64,000 nucleotides of DNA from an uncultured virus (IMG/VR IMGVR_UViG_3300025872_000049) (IMGVR_UViG_3300025872_000049); one strand, 5' to 3'; shown: positions 1 to 8,381, numbered from the stretch's first letter. A program made the numbers and translations. The notes: generated by a model not told the origin, from the sequence alone.

Positions 1-387
1 GTCAAGGCTGTTGGCGCAGACTTGTTCAACCGTCCTGAGGACAACGGCTTCAAGTGTGCTGTCGTCTCTGTTCAGGTCGGCTATTGGCGCAAGGCAAACG
101 CTGTCCACCAATGGTTCGTGGACAACTGTCAGGGCGGCGAGGACGACTGTCGTGAGGCTTACGTCGACCGCTCTCAGTTGGAGGAACTGCGTGATGTTTG
201 TAAGGAGGTTCTCGCTGACAAGACGAAGGCGGACGACCTTCTTCCGACCTGCGCTGGCTTCTTCTTCGGTACGACTGATTACGACGAGTGGTACTTCGGA
301 GGTCTGGAAGATACCGTCGAAATCATTGACCATGTGCTGACCAACATCAACGACGACTGGACTTTCTACTACAACTCGTCTTGGTGA
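1..387 (+). CDS. Phage hypothetical protein (YWRKAN-motif family), 5'-truncated
   Basis: Frame open from base 1; VGYWRKANAVHQWF and GFFFG motifs; acidic. Confidence 0.75.
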   Translation, partial: VKAVGADLFNRPEDNGFKCAVVSVQVGYWRKANAVHQWFVDNCQGGEDDCREAYVDRSQLEELRDVCKEVLADKTKADDLLPTCAGFFFGTTDYDEWYFGGLEDTVEIIDHVLTNINDDWTFYYNSSW

Positions 388-411
388 CGAGTCCACGACT
401 CATCTAAATCT

Positions 412-446
412 AAGTGGGCAGGCTGGACTTGACAGCCTGTCCACTT
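412..446 (+). terminator. Hairpin terminator overlapping the -35 of the next promoter
   Basis: aagtgggcaggctg / cagcctgtccactt 14-bp stem (one G-U) followed by T-rich bases. Confidence 0.6.
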
Positions 447-457
447 TCCTGTATAAT
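429..457 (+). promoter_or_regulatory. Sigma-A/70 promoter
   Basis: TTGACA-17-TATAAT. Confidence 0.9.
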
Positions 458-485
458 GTACGACACCTACTAAGAAAGGACAACT

Positions 486-890
486 ATGAAAGTCATCTAC
501 ATCAACGACCTAACGAGCCATCGGTATCTCGTGGAGAAGCCGGAGGGACAGGACACGCTCTCGTTCCTACAAAGCCTCGTGGAGGGACTCATTGAGAGCG
601 TCAGCCTGACTCCCGATACCGATGTTTGGGTGAACGAGGAAGGCTTGTTCCGTAACGACTTCGTGAGCAACATCGGCGCGTCGCTACTCGCTGGTCGAAC
701 CCTCGTCGGCCCTGCTGTTCTCACAGGACATCAGAATGGCGAGACTGTGGGTTTCCCTGAGAGGTATTGGGACACTTCACATCTCCAACAGACCTATACT
801 GCCGAGGAAGTCATCGCTATCCGCAAGCAGGTGGCTGACGCTCTCATCAAGCGTGGCGAACTTGTTCCCCTGTATGGAGATGAGTCATGA
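486..890 (+). CDS. DUF3846-like protein
   Basis: LQSLVEGLIE...VWVNEEG...N.GAS...LVGPAVL pattern; SD GAAAGGA. Confidence 0.7.
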   Translation: MKVIYINDLTSHRYLVEKPEGQDTLSFLQSLVEGLIESVSLTPDTDVWVNEEGLFRNDFVSNIGASLLAGRTLVGPAVLTGHQNGETVGFPERYWDTSHLQQTYTAEEVIAIRKQVADALIKRGELVPLYGDES

Positions 891-1057
891 CACAGACAAC
901 AGAAGCACCCGACCTGACAGCGACCGAGGAAGCCTTTGCTCTTATTGAGCAAGGGCTTTCCGACCTACGCGGAGTGAACCTAGTCGAAGCAAGCAAGATG
1001 ACAGACCTTCTGCTTGACCTTCGTATCGTCGTAGAGAGGTTCGCCAATGCCAACTGA
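887..1057 (+). CDS. Hypothetical protein (56 aa)
   Basis: ATGA overlap with upstream stop; not in ORF track (<60 aa). Confidence 0.65.
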   Translation: MTQTTEAPDLTATEEAFALIEQGLSDLRGVNLVEASKMTDLLLDLRIVVERFANAN

Positions 1058-1247
1058 CCTATTCCACGTCATTGACTTTGGGGACTCGTTCATACTGTTC
1101 AGCGGCACTATTGATGAATGTGGTCAGGTGCTGGACGAGTCGTATGGCGGGCTATTCCTTGTTGCCGACCAAGACCTGCCTGAGGGCTTTCGCTCGCAAC
1201 TGATAAACGCCGAAAGCCCCGCACCTACAACAACCCAGCGGGGCTGA
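1047..1247 (+). CDS. Hypothetical protein
   Basis: Coupled ORF with GAGAGG SD. Confidence 0.6.
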   Translation: MPTDLFHVIDFGDSFILFSGTIDECGQVLDESYGGLFLVADQDLPEGFRSQLINAESPAPTTTQRG

Positions 1248-1322
1248 CGCTCACAAACAGCGACGGTGGTGGAAGAGACGCTGAGACACTTTGCGTCTTT
1301 CGTCTCAGGCACTCATCTCCCC

Positions 1323-1343
1323 TGTGGATAAACCTGTGGAAAA
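1323..1343 (-). promoter_or_regulatory. Tandem DnaA-box-like sites
   Basis: TGTGGATAA (perfect TTATCCACA) and TGTGGAAAA, 3 bp apart, intergenic. Confidence 0.5.
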
Positions 1344-1433
1344 GTTTCTTTGGTCGATGCGCACACAACAGATGGCTTCTCTCGTTTAGTTAGTACCAGC
1401 GCAAATAAATCTCAGAAATCTTTGCTGGAGAAG

Positions 1434-1462
1434 TTGCAATTCCTGTCACCGCGCTGTATAAT
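1434..1462 (+). promoter_or_regulatory. Sigma-A promoter
   Basis: TTGCAA-17-TATAAT followed by the CACCTACTACGAAAGG leader. Confidence 0.85.
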
Positions 1463-1491
1463 GGTGACACCTACTACGAAAGGGACATGAA

Positions 1492-1809
1492 ATGGGAACC
1501 TACATCAACGCAGAAGACCTGCTTGACCACCTCACTGGAGCCGGTGCTTCTCAGTACGGCTGGTATCTTGACCTCTCCGGAGAGGGCAACCGAATCACGG
1601 TGGAAATGGAAGACCCGAACGACTCGCAGGAGACTGTGCGTAAGAGCGTGTCGGTCACCGAAGCCCGAAAGGTCATCGCCTCCATCATCAAGGAGCAGAA
1701 GCCGGGTTGGCAGTATGTCTCCTCGGCAATGGAGCGCGACGACTTTGATGCCAACGATGCCGACATCGTTCTTCAGTACATCGCCCTCGGGGAACTCGTC
1801 TACGGATGA
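1492..1809 (+). CDS. Hypothetical protein
   Basis: Directly after promoter and SD. Confidence 0.75.
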   Translation: MGTYINAEDLLDHLTGAGASQYGWYLDLSGEGNRITVEMEDPNDSQETVRKSVSVTEARKVIASIIKEQKPGWQYVSSAMERDDFDANDADIVLQYIALGELVYG

Positions 1810-1849
1810 GTCCCTCGGGGGAATCCCCCAAAGAAAGTCTCACAAAGAC

Positions 1850-1878
1850 TTGACAACCTCCCACCAATGCTGTATAAT
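1850..1878 (+). promoter_or_regulatory. Sigma-A promoter
   Basis: TTGACA-17-TATAAT. Confidence 0.9.
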
Positions 1879-1921
1879 GAATACACGGCAATCAAGCCAC
1901 CTACTAGAAAAGGACAATGCA

Positions 1922-2644
1922 ATGACAACTACTACCAATCTCCCCGAGTGCTGGCAGGACTTCCATGATGTTCTCGCTTCAGGACTGAAGCGCGTCATCC
2001 TGTTTGGACCCCCAGGCACCGGCAAGACCTACGGCGGTCTCAACATCGGTGATGTCACCGCTGGCTCGCACCGTCTCATCTGCTCGGAAGAAATGACGAC
2101 TGCTGATGTCACCGGACACTTCAAGCCCTCTGCTGATGGCTCGTGGAAGTGGCAGGACGGCGCGGCTATCAAGGCATGGAACGGCGATGGAATCAAGGGC
2201 GGTCGTCTCGTTGCTGACGAGATTGACAAGGCAAGTGGCGATGTGTCGTCCACTTTGCTTGCCATGTTGGATTCGGATGGCTCTGCTTCGTTTGAGCACC
2301 CCGAGACCGGACGAATCATTCGTCCCCGTGAGGGATTCTCGTGCGTGATGACGACGAACATCGAAGATGTCCGTGAACTTCCGACTGCTCTCAAGGACAG
2401 GTTCCCTGTGGCAATCCGAATCAACACTCCGCACCCTGACGCTCTGCTCTGCTTGCCTGCTGACCTGCGCGCACCTGCCGCTTCGTCTGCTGACGCTGAC
2501 CGTGACCGTCGCTTCTCCATTCGTACATTCATGGCGTTCGCAAACCTGCGTGACAACTTGGGTGCCGAGCGAGCCGCGAAACTCACCTTCGGAAAGCACT
2601 ACAAGTCGATTCTGGACGCGATTCTTGTGAATGGGGTGGCATGA
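1922..2644 (+). CDS. MoxR/CbbQ-type AAA+ ATPase
   Basis: Walker A GPPGTGKT, Walker B LVADEID, ALKDRF; start reassigned to ATG after AAAGGA. Confidence 0.9.
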   Translation: MTTTTNLPECWQDFHDVLASGLKRVILFGPPGTGKTYGGLNIGDVTAGSHRLICSEEMTTADVTGHFKPSADGSWKWQDGAAIKAWNGDGIKGGRLVADEIDKASGDVSSTLLAMLDSDGSASFEHPETGRIIRPREGFSCVMTTNIEDVRELPTALKDRFPVAIRINTPHPDALLCLPADLRAPAASSADADRDRRFSIRTFMAFANLRDNLGAERAAKLTFGKHYKSILDAILVNGVA

Positions 2645-4005
2645 TGGAAGTTCTCAAGGCAATGCCAGAGTTCATCCAGCGCAACGACCGCGCTCCTCTT
2701 CCATGGAATGTGGAGGAGGGCGCACCTGCCAGAGGTGACGCGTGGACTGAAATGCGTACAGGACGCATGCGCGTTCCGTTCGGTGCTGACGAACTGTCAC
2801 GCACCGTGCGAGCGCACGAACTCATGCACGCGAAAGTCTCGCCTCATCGCATGGAGGAAATGCGCAAACTTCCTCTTCGTCATGACTGCGTACTTGCCGC
2901 TGAAGAGTTCCGTGTGAACATGCTCGTCGCCAATCAAGGCTTTGACATCGACTCGCTTGCTGATGGCTCCGAGTCTCGCGCCGGCAAACTCCTCGGTCAG
3001 AACAACGACTGGAATGGCGTTGTCCGCTTTATGGCAACTACTGCTGGAACTAAGGCTGGCTCTGACTTCATTCGTGGACTCAAGTCATCTAATCCAGACT
3101 TTGCTGAGCAGGCTCGTGCGCTTCAGAAAGTTCTGATGAAGGAATGGCGCAAAGCAATCAAGCGATTCAACGCTCGTGGTGTTGCGTCATCTACGGATGA
3201 AGAGAACGGACTTCCACGAGGATTCAATCGCTTCACCGTTCCTGTTGCGAAACTCCTTGAGAGTGTCATGATTCCAGAGGAGGCTGATGGCGTTCCGAGT
3301 GAGCATGGCAATCAGGAAGTTCCTCGTGTCACGGAAATCGCTAAGGGTGTTGCTGGAAAGTTCGCTCTTCTCATTGAGAAAGAACTTCTCAAGACGCGAA
3401 TCGTCGATGGGAAGATTGGACGCAAGCGCATTGCTAGCAATGTTGGCAAGAACCCGCGTCGTATCAACCGTATGCTGACTGACCCCGAACGACGAATCTT
3501 TGACCGTCGCGCTCGTGGCAAGGGTGGCATTGTCATCATCGACCAATCCGGCTCCATGCACCTTGACGAGAAAGATGTGTGGTCAATCATTGAGCATGCC
3601 CCCGGTGCGACCATCGTCGGATACTCACACCGACAAGGCTCTAAGGACATTCCGAATGTATGGGTCATTGCTGAGCGTGGCAAGGTTGCTGATGTTGTTC
3701 CCACGGGCAACGGTGGCAATGGCGTGGATGGCCCTGCTCTTCGGTTCTCTCTGTCAAAGCGACGGATGAACGAGCCGGTGATTTGGGTCTGCGATGGTCA
3801 TGTCACCGATGGCGATGGAGATGACTTCTACCCGAATCTCGCTGAAGAGTGCGCGCAACTTGTTGTGCGTAACGGAATCCACATGGTTCCCGACGTTGCT
3901 TCAGCGGTATCGGCACTCAAGATTGCTTCCAACGGTCACCGCTTGGAAACTAAGGCAATCGGTTCCATCAAGAATACTGAGGCTTGGCGAGCGTCACGCC
4001 TCTGA
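2641..4005 (+). CDS. vWA-domain protein with N-terminal HExxH motif
   Basis: RAHELMH; MIDAS-like DQSGS ... CDG; coupled to AAA gene. Confidence 0.8.
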   Translation: MMEVLKAMPEFIQRNDRAPLPWNVEEGAPARGDAWTEMRTGRMRVPFGADELSRTVRAHELMHAKVSPHRMEEMRKLPLRHDCVLAAEEFRVNMLVANQGFDIDSLADGSESRAGKLLGQNNDWNGVVRFMATTAGTKAGSDFIRGLKSSNPDFAEQARALQKVLMKEWRKAIKRFNARGVASSTDEENGLPRGFNRFTVPVAKLLESVMIPEEADGVPSEHGNQEVPRVTEIAKGVAGKFALLIEKELLKTRIVDGKIGRKRIASNVGKNPRRINRMLTDPERRIFDRRARGKGGIVIIDQSGSMHLDEKDVWSIIEHAPGATIVGYSHRQGSKDIPNVWVIAERGKVADVVPTGNGGNGVDGPALRFSLSKRRMNEPVIWVCDGHVTDGDGDDFYPNLAEECAQLVVRNGIHMVPDVASAVSALKIASNGHRLETKAIGSIKNTEAWRASRL

Positions 4006-4046
4006 CAGAACGCGACGAGGGTCTGTCCTTTCCCCTCAGGCGCGAC

Positions 4047-4084
4047 AAGGGCAGTGAAGGTTTGTCCCAGCCTTCACTGCCCTT
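4047..4084. terminator. Terminator between convergent genes
   Basis: Perfect 14-bp stem aagggcagtgaagg/ccttcactgccctt plus T-rich tail. Confidence 0.8.
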
Positions 4085-4088
4085 CTTT

Positions 4089-4340
4089 CTATTCGCTCTT
4101 AGAAGCCTTCACCATAAGAAGGTCTACTGCTCTGATGGTGACGTATCCAATGCCGATGGCATACAACTCCCTGACGGAGAAGACACTCACCCCTGCGATG
4201 CTGAGCGCAATCCACAAGAACAAAGCAACCGTTGCTCCCGTGACGATAATGCTCAGCAATCCACCCAGCATGGTCACGAGAATAGGTGTCGATTCCTCCA
4301 CCTTCGGCGGTCTCAGCGTTGGTCGCTGGTATGTGCTCAT
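4089..4340 (-). CDS. Small membrane protein
   Basis: Hydrophobic segments; coupled to upstream gene. Confidence 0.6.
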   Translation of the reverse strand: MSTYQRPTLRPPKVEESTPILVTMLGGLLSIIVTGATVALFLWIALSIAGVSVFSVRELYAIGIGYVTIRAVDLLMVKASKSE

Positions 4341-4723
4341 GCCTGTTGCTTTGCGCTTGTCACAATCTGGTGAACTCGCTGACGAGTGATGCCGAACTCG
4401 GTGGCGATGGCTTGGAGCGTGAGACCACGCCCATTGTCGAATCGCTCAATGATGAGTCGGTCGCGCTCAGGATTGCCCGTGCGTCCAGCGGGCAGAGGGC
4501 CCCACTGCCAGTTAGCCAAGCCTGACAACTCTGTTGCCTGCTCGTTGGTCAGGTGTCCCTTCCGCTGACGATGGCGCACATAGGAAACCCATGCGCCCAA
4601 CTTGATGTCCCCGTACTGGTCGGTCTTCTCCACATGATTGCGAGGCACGCGGGAAGTCCCAGTTCGAGCGACGTACTGACGGAGTGCTGTGATGTGGCTT
4701 TGCCACTTGTTGAGGTTAATCAT
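4337..4723 (-). CDS. Helicase-associated (HA) domain + sigma70-r4-like HTH protein
   Basis: W..HITALRQY..RTG..RVP...LGAWV...R.G.L...WQW; TLQAIATEFGITRQRVHQI. Confidence 0.75.
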   Translation of the reverse strand: MINLNKWQSHITALRQYVARTGTSRVPRNHVEKTDQYGDIKLGAWVSYVRHRQRKGHLTNEQATELSGLANWQWGPLPAGRTGNPERDRLIIERFDNGRGLTLQAIATEFGITRQRVHQIVTSAKQQA

Positions 4724-5023
4724 GAACCGAACACTAGTTCGCCCCGAACGTCCCCAGTGGAAGTATCAGACTAATTTGTCAGCAAAAGCCCCGCAGTAGA
4801 AATGCTGGTGCGGGGCTTCGCCCAGCGGGGGGTGGGGGCGGGGCTATGCGCTCGCTATGTGCGACGGTGGCGGATGAGGACTGGGATGCCTCCCACATCG
4901 CTGAGTTCAGATAAATCTTCCCGAAACTTTCTGCGCTTCGAGCGCACATTTCTGGTGGGTTTGCTCGTTTGGGGTAGTGATGGCGAGTTCCAAGACTGTC
5001 ATCAAACTGTAATGAAACAAAGG

Positions 5024-5052
5024 TTGTAAATCTTACACCCCACTGGTATACT
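5024..5052 (+). promoter_or_regulatory. Sigma-A promoter
   Basis: TTGTAA-17-TATACT with TTACAC in spacer and leader motif. Confidence 0.75.
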
Positions 5053-5079
5053 GGGGTCACCTACTACAAGGAGGACACA

Positions 5080-5145
5080 ATGGCGGCACTATTCATGGCG
5101 GCGTACCTTGCCGGAACATTTCTGATGATTGTCGGAAATCTCTGA
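5080..5145 (+). CDS. 21-aa hydrophobic peptide MAALFMAAYLAGTFLMIVGNL
   Basis: Own promoter and AAGGAGG SD. Confidence 0.5.
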   Translation: MAALFMAAYLAGTFLMIVGNL

Positions 5146-5152
5146 GCAAGAC

Positions 5153-5181
5153 TTGACTTTGTTACACCCCCCTGCTATAAT
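5153..5181 (+). promoter_or_regulatory. Sigma-A promoter
   Basis: TTGACT-17-TATAAT. Confidence 0.9.
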
Positions 5182-5209
5182 GATGACACCTACAACAAGG
5201 AGGACAGAA

Positions 5210-5518
5210 ATGGAAACCACGACCGAGCGATTCGAGGAAATCGCTGACGAGCAAGACTTGGACTTGGAGGCGTTCCTCGGGTTCTGCGAGAACCAGCACA
5301 TCACCGAGGACGAAGCCGAGGACTATGTGGACGAGTTCCGCGATGCCTATGTCGGCAAGTTTGATTCCGACGAGGAGTTCGCTGAGTACTTCACGGACGA
5401 AGAGGGTCTCCACATTCCCGACATGGTTCGTCCGCACATCGACTGGTCGGACGTGTTCCACTGCGAACTACGCCACGACTTCTACCAAGTGAACGGACAC
5501 TTCTTCCGCAACATCTGA
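5210..5518 (+). CDS. ardA: Antirestriction ArdA-like protein (short; C-terminal domains only)
   Basis: Very acidic; YVGKFDSDEEFAE...IP....HIDW......L..DF....GHFFR matches the ArdA C-terminus. Confidence 0.75.
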   Translation: METTTERFEEIADEQDLDLEAFLGFCENQHITEDEAEDYVDEFRDAYVGKFDSDEEFAEYFTDEEGLHIPDMVRPHIDWSDVFHCELRHDFYQVNGHFFRNI

Positions 5519-5605
5519 GTCGGTGGGGTGGGGGCGACCCCTCCACCCCATAACTCTGTTACACCCCCCTGCTATAATGAAGGCATACCTACTAAGGAGC
5601 AAATC

Positions 5606-6028
5606 ATGACAACGGCACACGAGCAGTACTACACCCAGCCCGAAGCGGGCGCAATCCACATCACCTACGACATCGTTCGTCGTCTTGGGTGGCAGTCTCT
5701 TGACAGCAACTTCGTTCCGACGCTTTGGGAGCAAGCGGTGGAGTCCATCGCCAACGAGAGCGACGGGTGGCGTTGTAAGTTCTGCGACGAGCCTGTGGGC
5801 TGGCACTGGTTTCAGACTGGCGAGTCCGACGCTTGCGGTTGGAACGCTGACTTCTGGAGTCTCAATGAGGACAGCACCGAGGTTGCCTGCGATGAGTGCT
5901 TCATCAAGGTAACGGCGGAGCCGGACTACGGCGACGAGCCGGAAGAAATCTTCACCCTCCAGCCTCACGAGCGAGCAATCATCGACTTCATCGAAACTCT
6001 CGCATTTGACCCAAAGAAATACATCTGA
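5606..6028 (+). CDS. Hypothetical Cys-motif protein
   Basis: CxxC...CxxC; TATAAT at 5573 and SD AAGGAG. Confidence 0.7.
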   Translation: MTTAHEQYYTQPEAGAIHITYDIVRRLGWQSLDSNFVPTLWEQAVESIANESDGWRCKFCDEPVGWHWFQTGESDACGWNADFWSLNEDSTEVACDECFIKVTAEPDYGDEPEEIFTLQPHERAIIDFIETLAFDPKKYI

Positions 6029-6031
6029 AAC

Positions 6032-6060
6032 TTGACAGTCTTACACCCAGCGTGTATAAT
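6032..6060 (+). promoter_or_regulatory. Sigma-A promoter
   Basis: TTGACA-17-TATAAT. Confidence 0.9.
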
Positions 6061-6065
6061 GTTCT

Positions 6066-6185
6066 CGGACAGCAGAAAGCCACACGACTCCTGCCACGAC
6101 AACAGGGGAGTCACACGGCGGTCTGAATAGGTGGGACTCACCCTTGGCGACTTGGCTAAGTCACGGCGAGCCACCGTTCTGTCCG
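6066..6185 (+). ncRNA. Candidate structured RNA (multi-branch), family unknown
   Basis: Begins at predicted TSS; closing stem cggacag/ctgtccg and four internal stems. Confidence 0.6.
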
Positions 6186-6221
6186 GTTGCCACAGATAAA
6201 TCTAAACGAAAGGAAACGACC

Positions 6222-6431
6222 ATGAAGATACCGACCGACATCATGAAAGCAGTCATAGATGAGAGTGGCGTTGCTGTTGTCATCTCCATCGACGGCGACC
6301 CCATCATGACCATCAACTTCTATCGCGAGAAGAATGGCTCGCTTCTGTATGTACTTCAGGAGAATGCCGACGACGAGAGTTCTGCGTTGTGGAATGTCTT
6401 TCCTGAGTACTTCGAGGAGGAAACAGCATGA
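6222..6431 (+). CDS. Hypothetical protein
   Basis: SD GAAAGGA. Confidence 0.7.
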   Translation: MKIPTDIMKAVIDESGVAVVISIDGDPIMTINFYREKNGSLLYVLQENADDESSALWNVFPEYFEEETA

Positions 6432-6628
6432 GTACCTATAACCACGCGTTCACGCTCGGCTTTGCTGTACCTAACAGCGAATACGAGGACTGGCTTGACT
6501 GCCTGCGCAACGAGAAAGACAAAGTAATCAACGCTCTGCTTGTCCGTATTGGTGGACTCACGGGGAATGACGCTGAGTTCGTGGAAGCGTTTGAGGGATT
6601 CGATACCTATGAGGAGGAAACAGCATGA
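6428..6628 (+). CDS. Hypothetical protein
   Basis: ATGA coupling, GAGGAGG SD. Confidence 0.7.
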   Translation: MSTYNHAFTLGFAVPNSEYEDWLDCLRNEKDKVINALLVRIGGLTGNDAEFVEAFEGFDTYEEETA

Positions 6629-6816
6629 GTTCAGTTCTAGACACTGAGTACAAAGTGACTTTCATTGGGGACTACTTCTCCATGACGGTCACCGTCCAAG
6701 GCGTTGAGGGAGATGAGGACACCGCTATTGACCTCGCCTCCAATCTCATCAAGGAGTACTACGGCTGGGATGTCGTTCGGGTTTCGACCGTGGACATCGA
6801 AGTCGAAGAAGCATGA
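6625..6816 (+). CDS. Hypothetical protein
   Basis: ATGA coupling, GAGGAGG SD. Confidence 0.7.
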   Translation: MSSVLDTEYKVTFIGDYFSMTVTVQGVEGDEDTAIDLASNLIKEYYGWDVVRVSTVDIEVEEA

Positions 6817-6817
6817 C

Positions 6818-6846
6818 TTGACTTTGTTACACCTATGGTGTATAAT
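6818..6846 (+). promoter_or_regulatory. Sigma-A promoter
   Basis: TTGACT-17-TATAAT. Confidence 0.9.
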
Positions 6847-6876
6847 GTATACATCACCTACTACGAAAGGACAACT

Positions 6877-7209
6877 ATGACAACCATCGACACCTCTCTG
6901 TTTGACAAGGTGGAGGAGTACATTCACGACGCTCACTTGATTGCGTGGGATGAATGCCACAAGATTTACCTTGCCATGGACGACACCGAGGCTGAGTGGT
7001 TCCGCAACTCCACCTACACGGTCGTTGAGGACACTCCCGAAGTCATGCTCGCCACGGTCATCCGTTGGTTTGAGGAGTCCTGCTTCCTGCGCTTCGTGTC
7101 GGCGGTCAGTCATAACGAAACTGACCCCAACGAGGGTTTCACCAGCATCATCGAACAGTTTGAGGCTGAGGAGGATGAGTACGAAGAGGACGAGGAGGAA
7201 GCAGTATGA
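6877..7209 (+). CDS. Acidic hypothetical protein
   Basis: Start after leader/SD; poly-E tail. Confidence 0.75.
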   Translation: MTTIDTSLFDKVEEYIHDAHLIAWDECHKIYLAMDDTEAEWFRNSTYTVVEDTPEVMLATVIRWFEESCFLRFVSAVSHNETDPNEGFTSIIEQFEAEEDEYEEDEEEAV

Positions 7210-7436
7210 GTGCCACCGAAGAAATGCCCGAGCGCATCAACGTTACCAAGGTTCTGACCTATGACTGCCAGCAGATTGTCTCTGACTTGGTAGCGCAGGG
7301 TATGGAGAACCCAACATTTGAGGATGTTCTTGGAATGATTGAGGAATGGGTCAAGGATGACTTCTCATGCGGATACGGACACGAAGCCAGCCTCCGTGAC
7401 CTTATCTTTACAGACGAGAACGGCGAAGAAATCTGA
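7206..7436 (+). CDS. Hypothetical protein
   Basis: ATGA coupling. Confidence 0.7.
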   Translation: MSATEEMPERINVTKVLTYDCQQIVSDLVAQGMENPTFEDVLGMIEEWVKDDFSCGYGHEASLRDLIFTDENGEEI

Positions 7437-7454
7437 GAAATCTTCTTCTCCGAG

Positions 7455-7483
7455 TTGCGTATCGTTACACAATACGCTATAAT
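7455..7483 (+). promoter_or_regulatory. Sigma-A promoter
   Basis: TTGCGT-17-TATAAT. Confidence 0.8.
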
Positions 7484-7511
7484 GTATCTACCTACTACGA
7501 AAGGAACAGAA

Positions 7512-8309
7512 ATGCCGAACTGGTGCTACAACCACATGACAGTACAAGGGCCGACTGAGGACTTGGAGCGATTCGTCAAGGCAATCCGTTTGCCCGAGAA
7601 TGATGGAGCCAAGACCTCCATGGGCGAGGACGCTGGTAACTACGACCTCGCCTTGCTGTACCCGACACCTAAGGAACTTGCCGATACCACGGCAGGCTTC
7701 TATACCGAAGAACCCAACTCGAACTGGGCGGTCATGCTCGCTGAGGGCAAGATGACTCAGGAGTGGCACGACGAACTCGTGCGCAAAAACGCTGAGGGCT
7801 GGAAGAAGAACCAAGAGAACCTTGCCAAGTATGGGTACAAGGACTGGTACGACTGGAACTGCGACAACTGGAGTACCAAGTGGTCACCACGCGTTGAGCA
7901 ACTGGAACTTGACCTTGAGCATGAGCAGATTTTCTTGTACTACGAAACTGCGTGGAGTCCTGCTACTGGCTTGATTCGGGAGATTTCCCGACAGTTCCCA
8001 ACGCTTATCTTCACAACGAGTTATGACGAAGAGAGCGATGCCTATGTTGGGAGCGAAATCTTCCATAAGGGCGAATGCTTCACTCATGACTACATTCCCA
8101 CTCAGCCCGAGGACTTCCCCGATGGACTTCGTAAGAACATCAGCGAGGTTGAGGGTCGTCTGAACGCCATTGAGGACACTAGTGATTCCGAATGGTGGGA
8201 TACCTACTCCGAACTCAAGGATTTATACAGAGACTTGAGGGATGTTGCGGAAACAGAAGCCACGGCAAAGTTTGGCAAGGCGTTTCCTAGCACCGGAGCA
8301 ACGGTCTGA
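7512..8309 (+). CDS. DUF1281/YubB ferredoxin-like protein
   Basis: MPNWCYN start; WYDWNCDNWSTKW; YETAWSP. Confidence 0.8.
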   Translation: MPNWCYNHMTVQGPTEDLERFVKAIRLPENDGAKTSMGEDAGNYDLALLYPTPKELADTTAGFYTEEPNSNWAVMLAEGKMTQEWHDELVRKNAEGWKKNQENLAKYGYKDWYDWNCDNWSTKWSPRVEQLELDLEHEQIFLYYETAWSPATGLIREISRQFPTLIFTTSYDEESDAYVGSEIFHKGECFTHDYIPTQPEDFPDGLRKNISEVEGRLNAIEDTSDSEWWDTYSELKDLYRDLRDVAETEATAKFGKAFPSTGATV

Positions 8310-8316
8310 TGTTGCG

Positions 8317-8352
8317 CCCGTGGAGTGTTACGCAACTGTAATGCTCCACGGG
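8317..8352 (+). terminator. Hairpin terminator abutting the next -35
   Basis: cccgtggagtgttac/gtaatgctccacggg stem. Confidence 0.6.
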
Positions 8353-8381
8353 TTGCGGAATCTTACACAAACCTGTATAAT
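8353..8381 (+). promoter_or_regulatory. Sigma-A promoter
   Basis: TTGCGG-17-TATAAT. Confidence 0.8.

Noticed and set aside
1487..1921. N-terminal extension of the AAA ORF in the ORF track
   Set aside because: Overlaps gene 1492..1809 and a promoter; the true start is likely ATG 1922
6066..6185. Hammerhead ribozyme or tRNA call for the structured RNA
   Set aside because: CUGAAUA is not CUGANGA, there is no correctly placed GAAA/NUH, and no T-loop or cloverleaf
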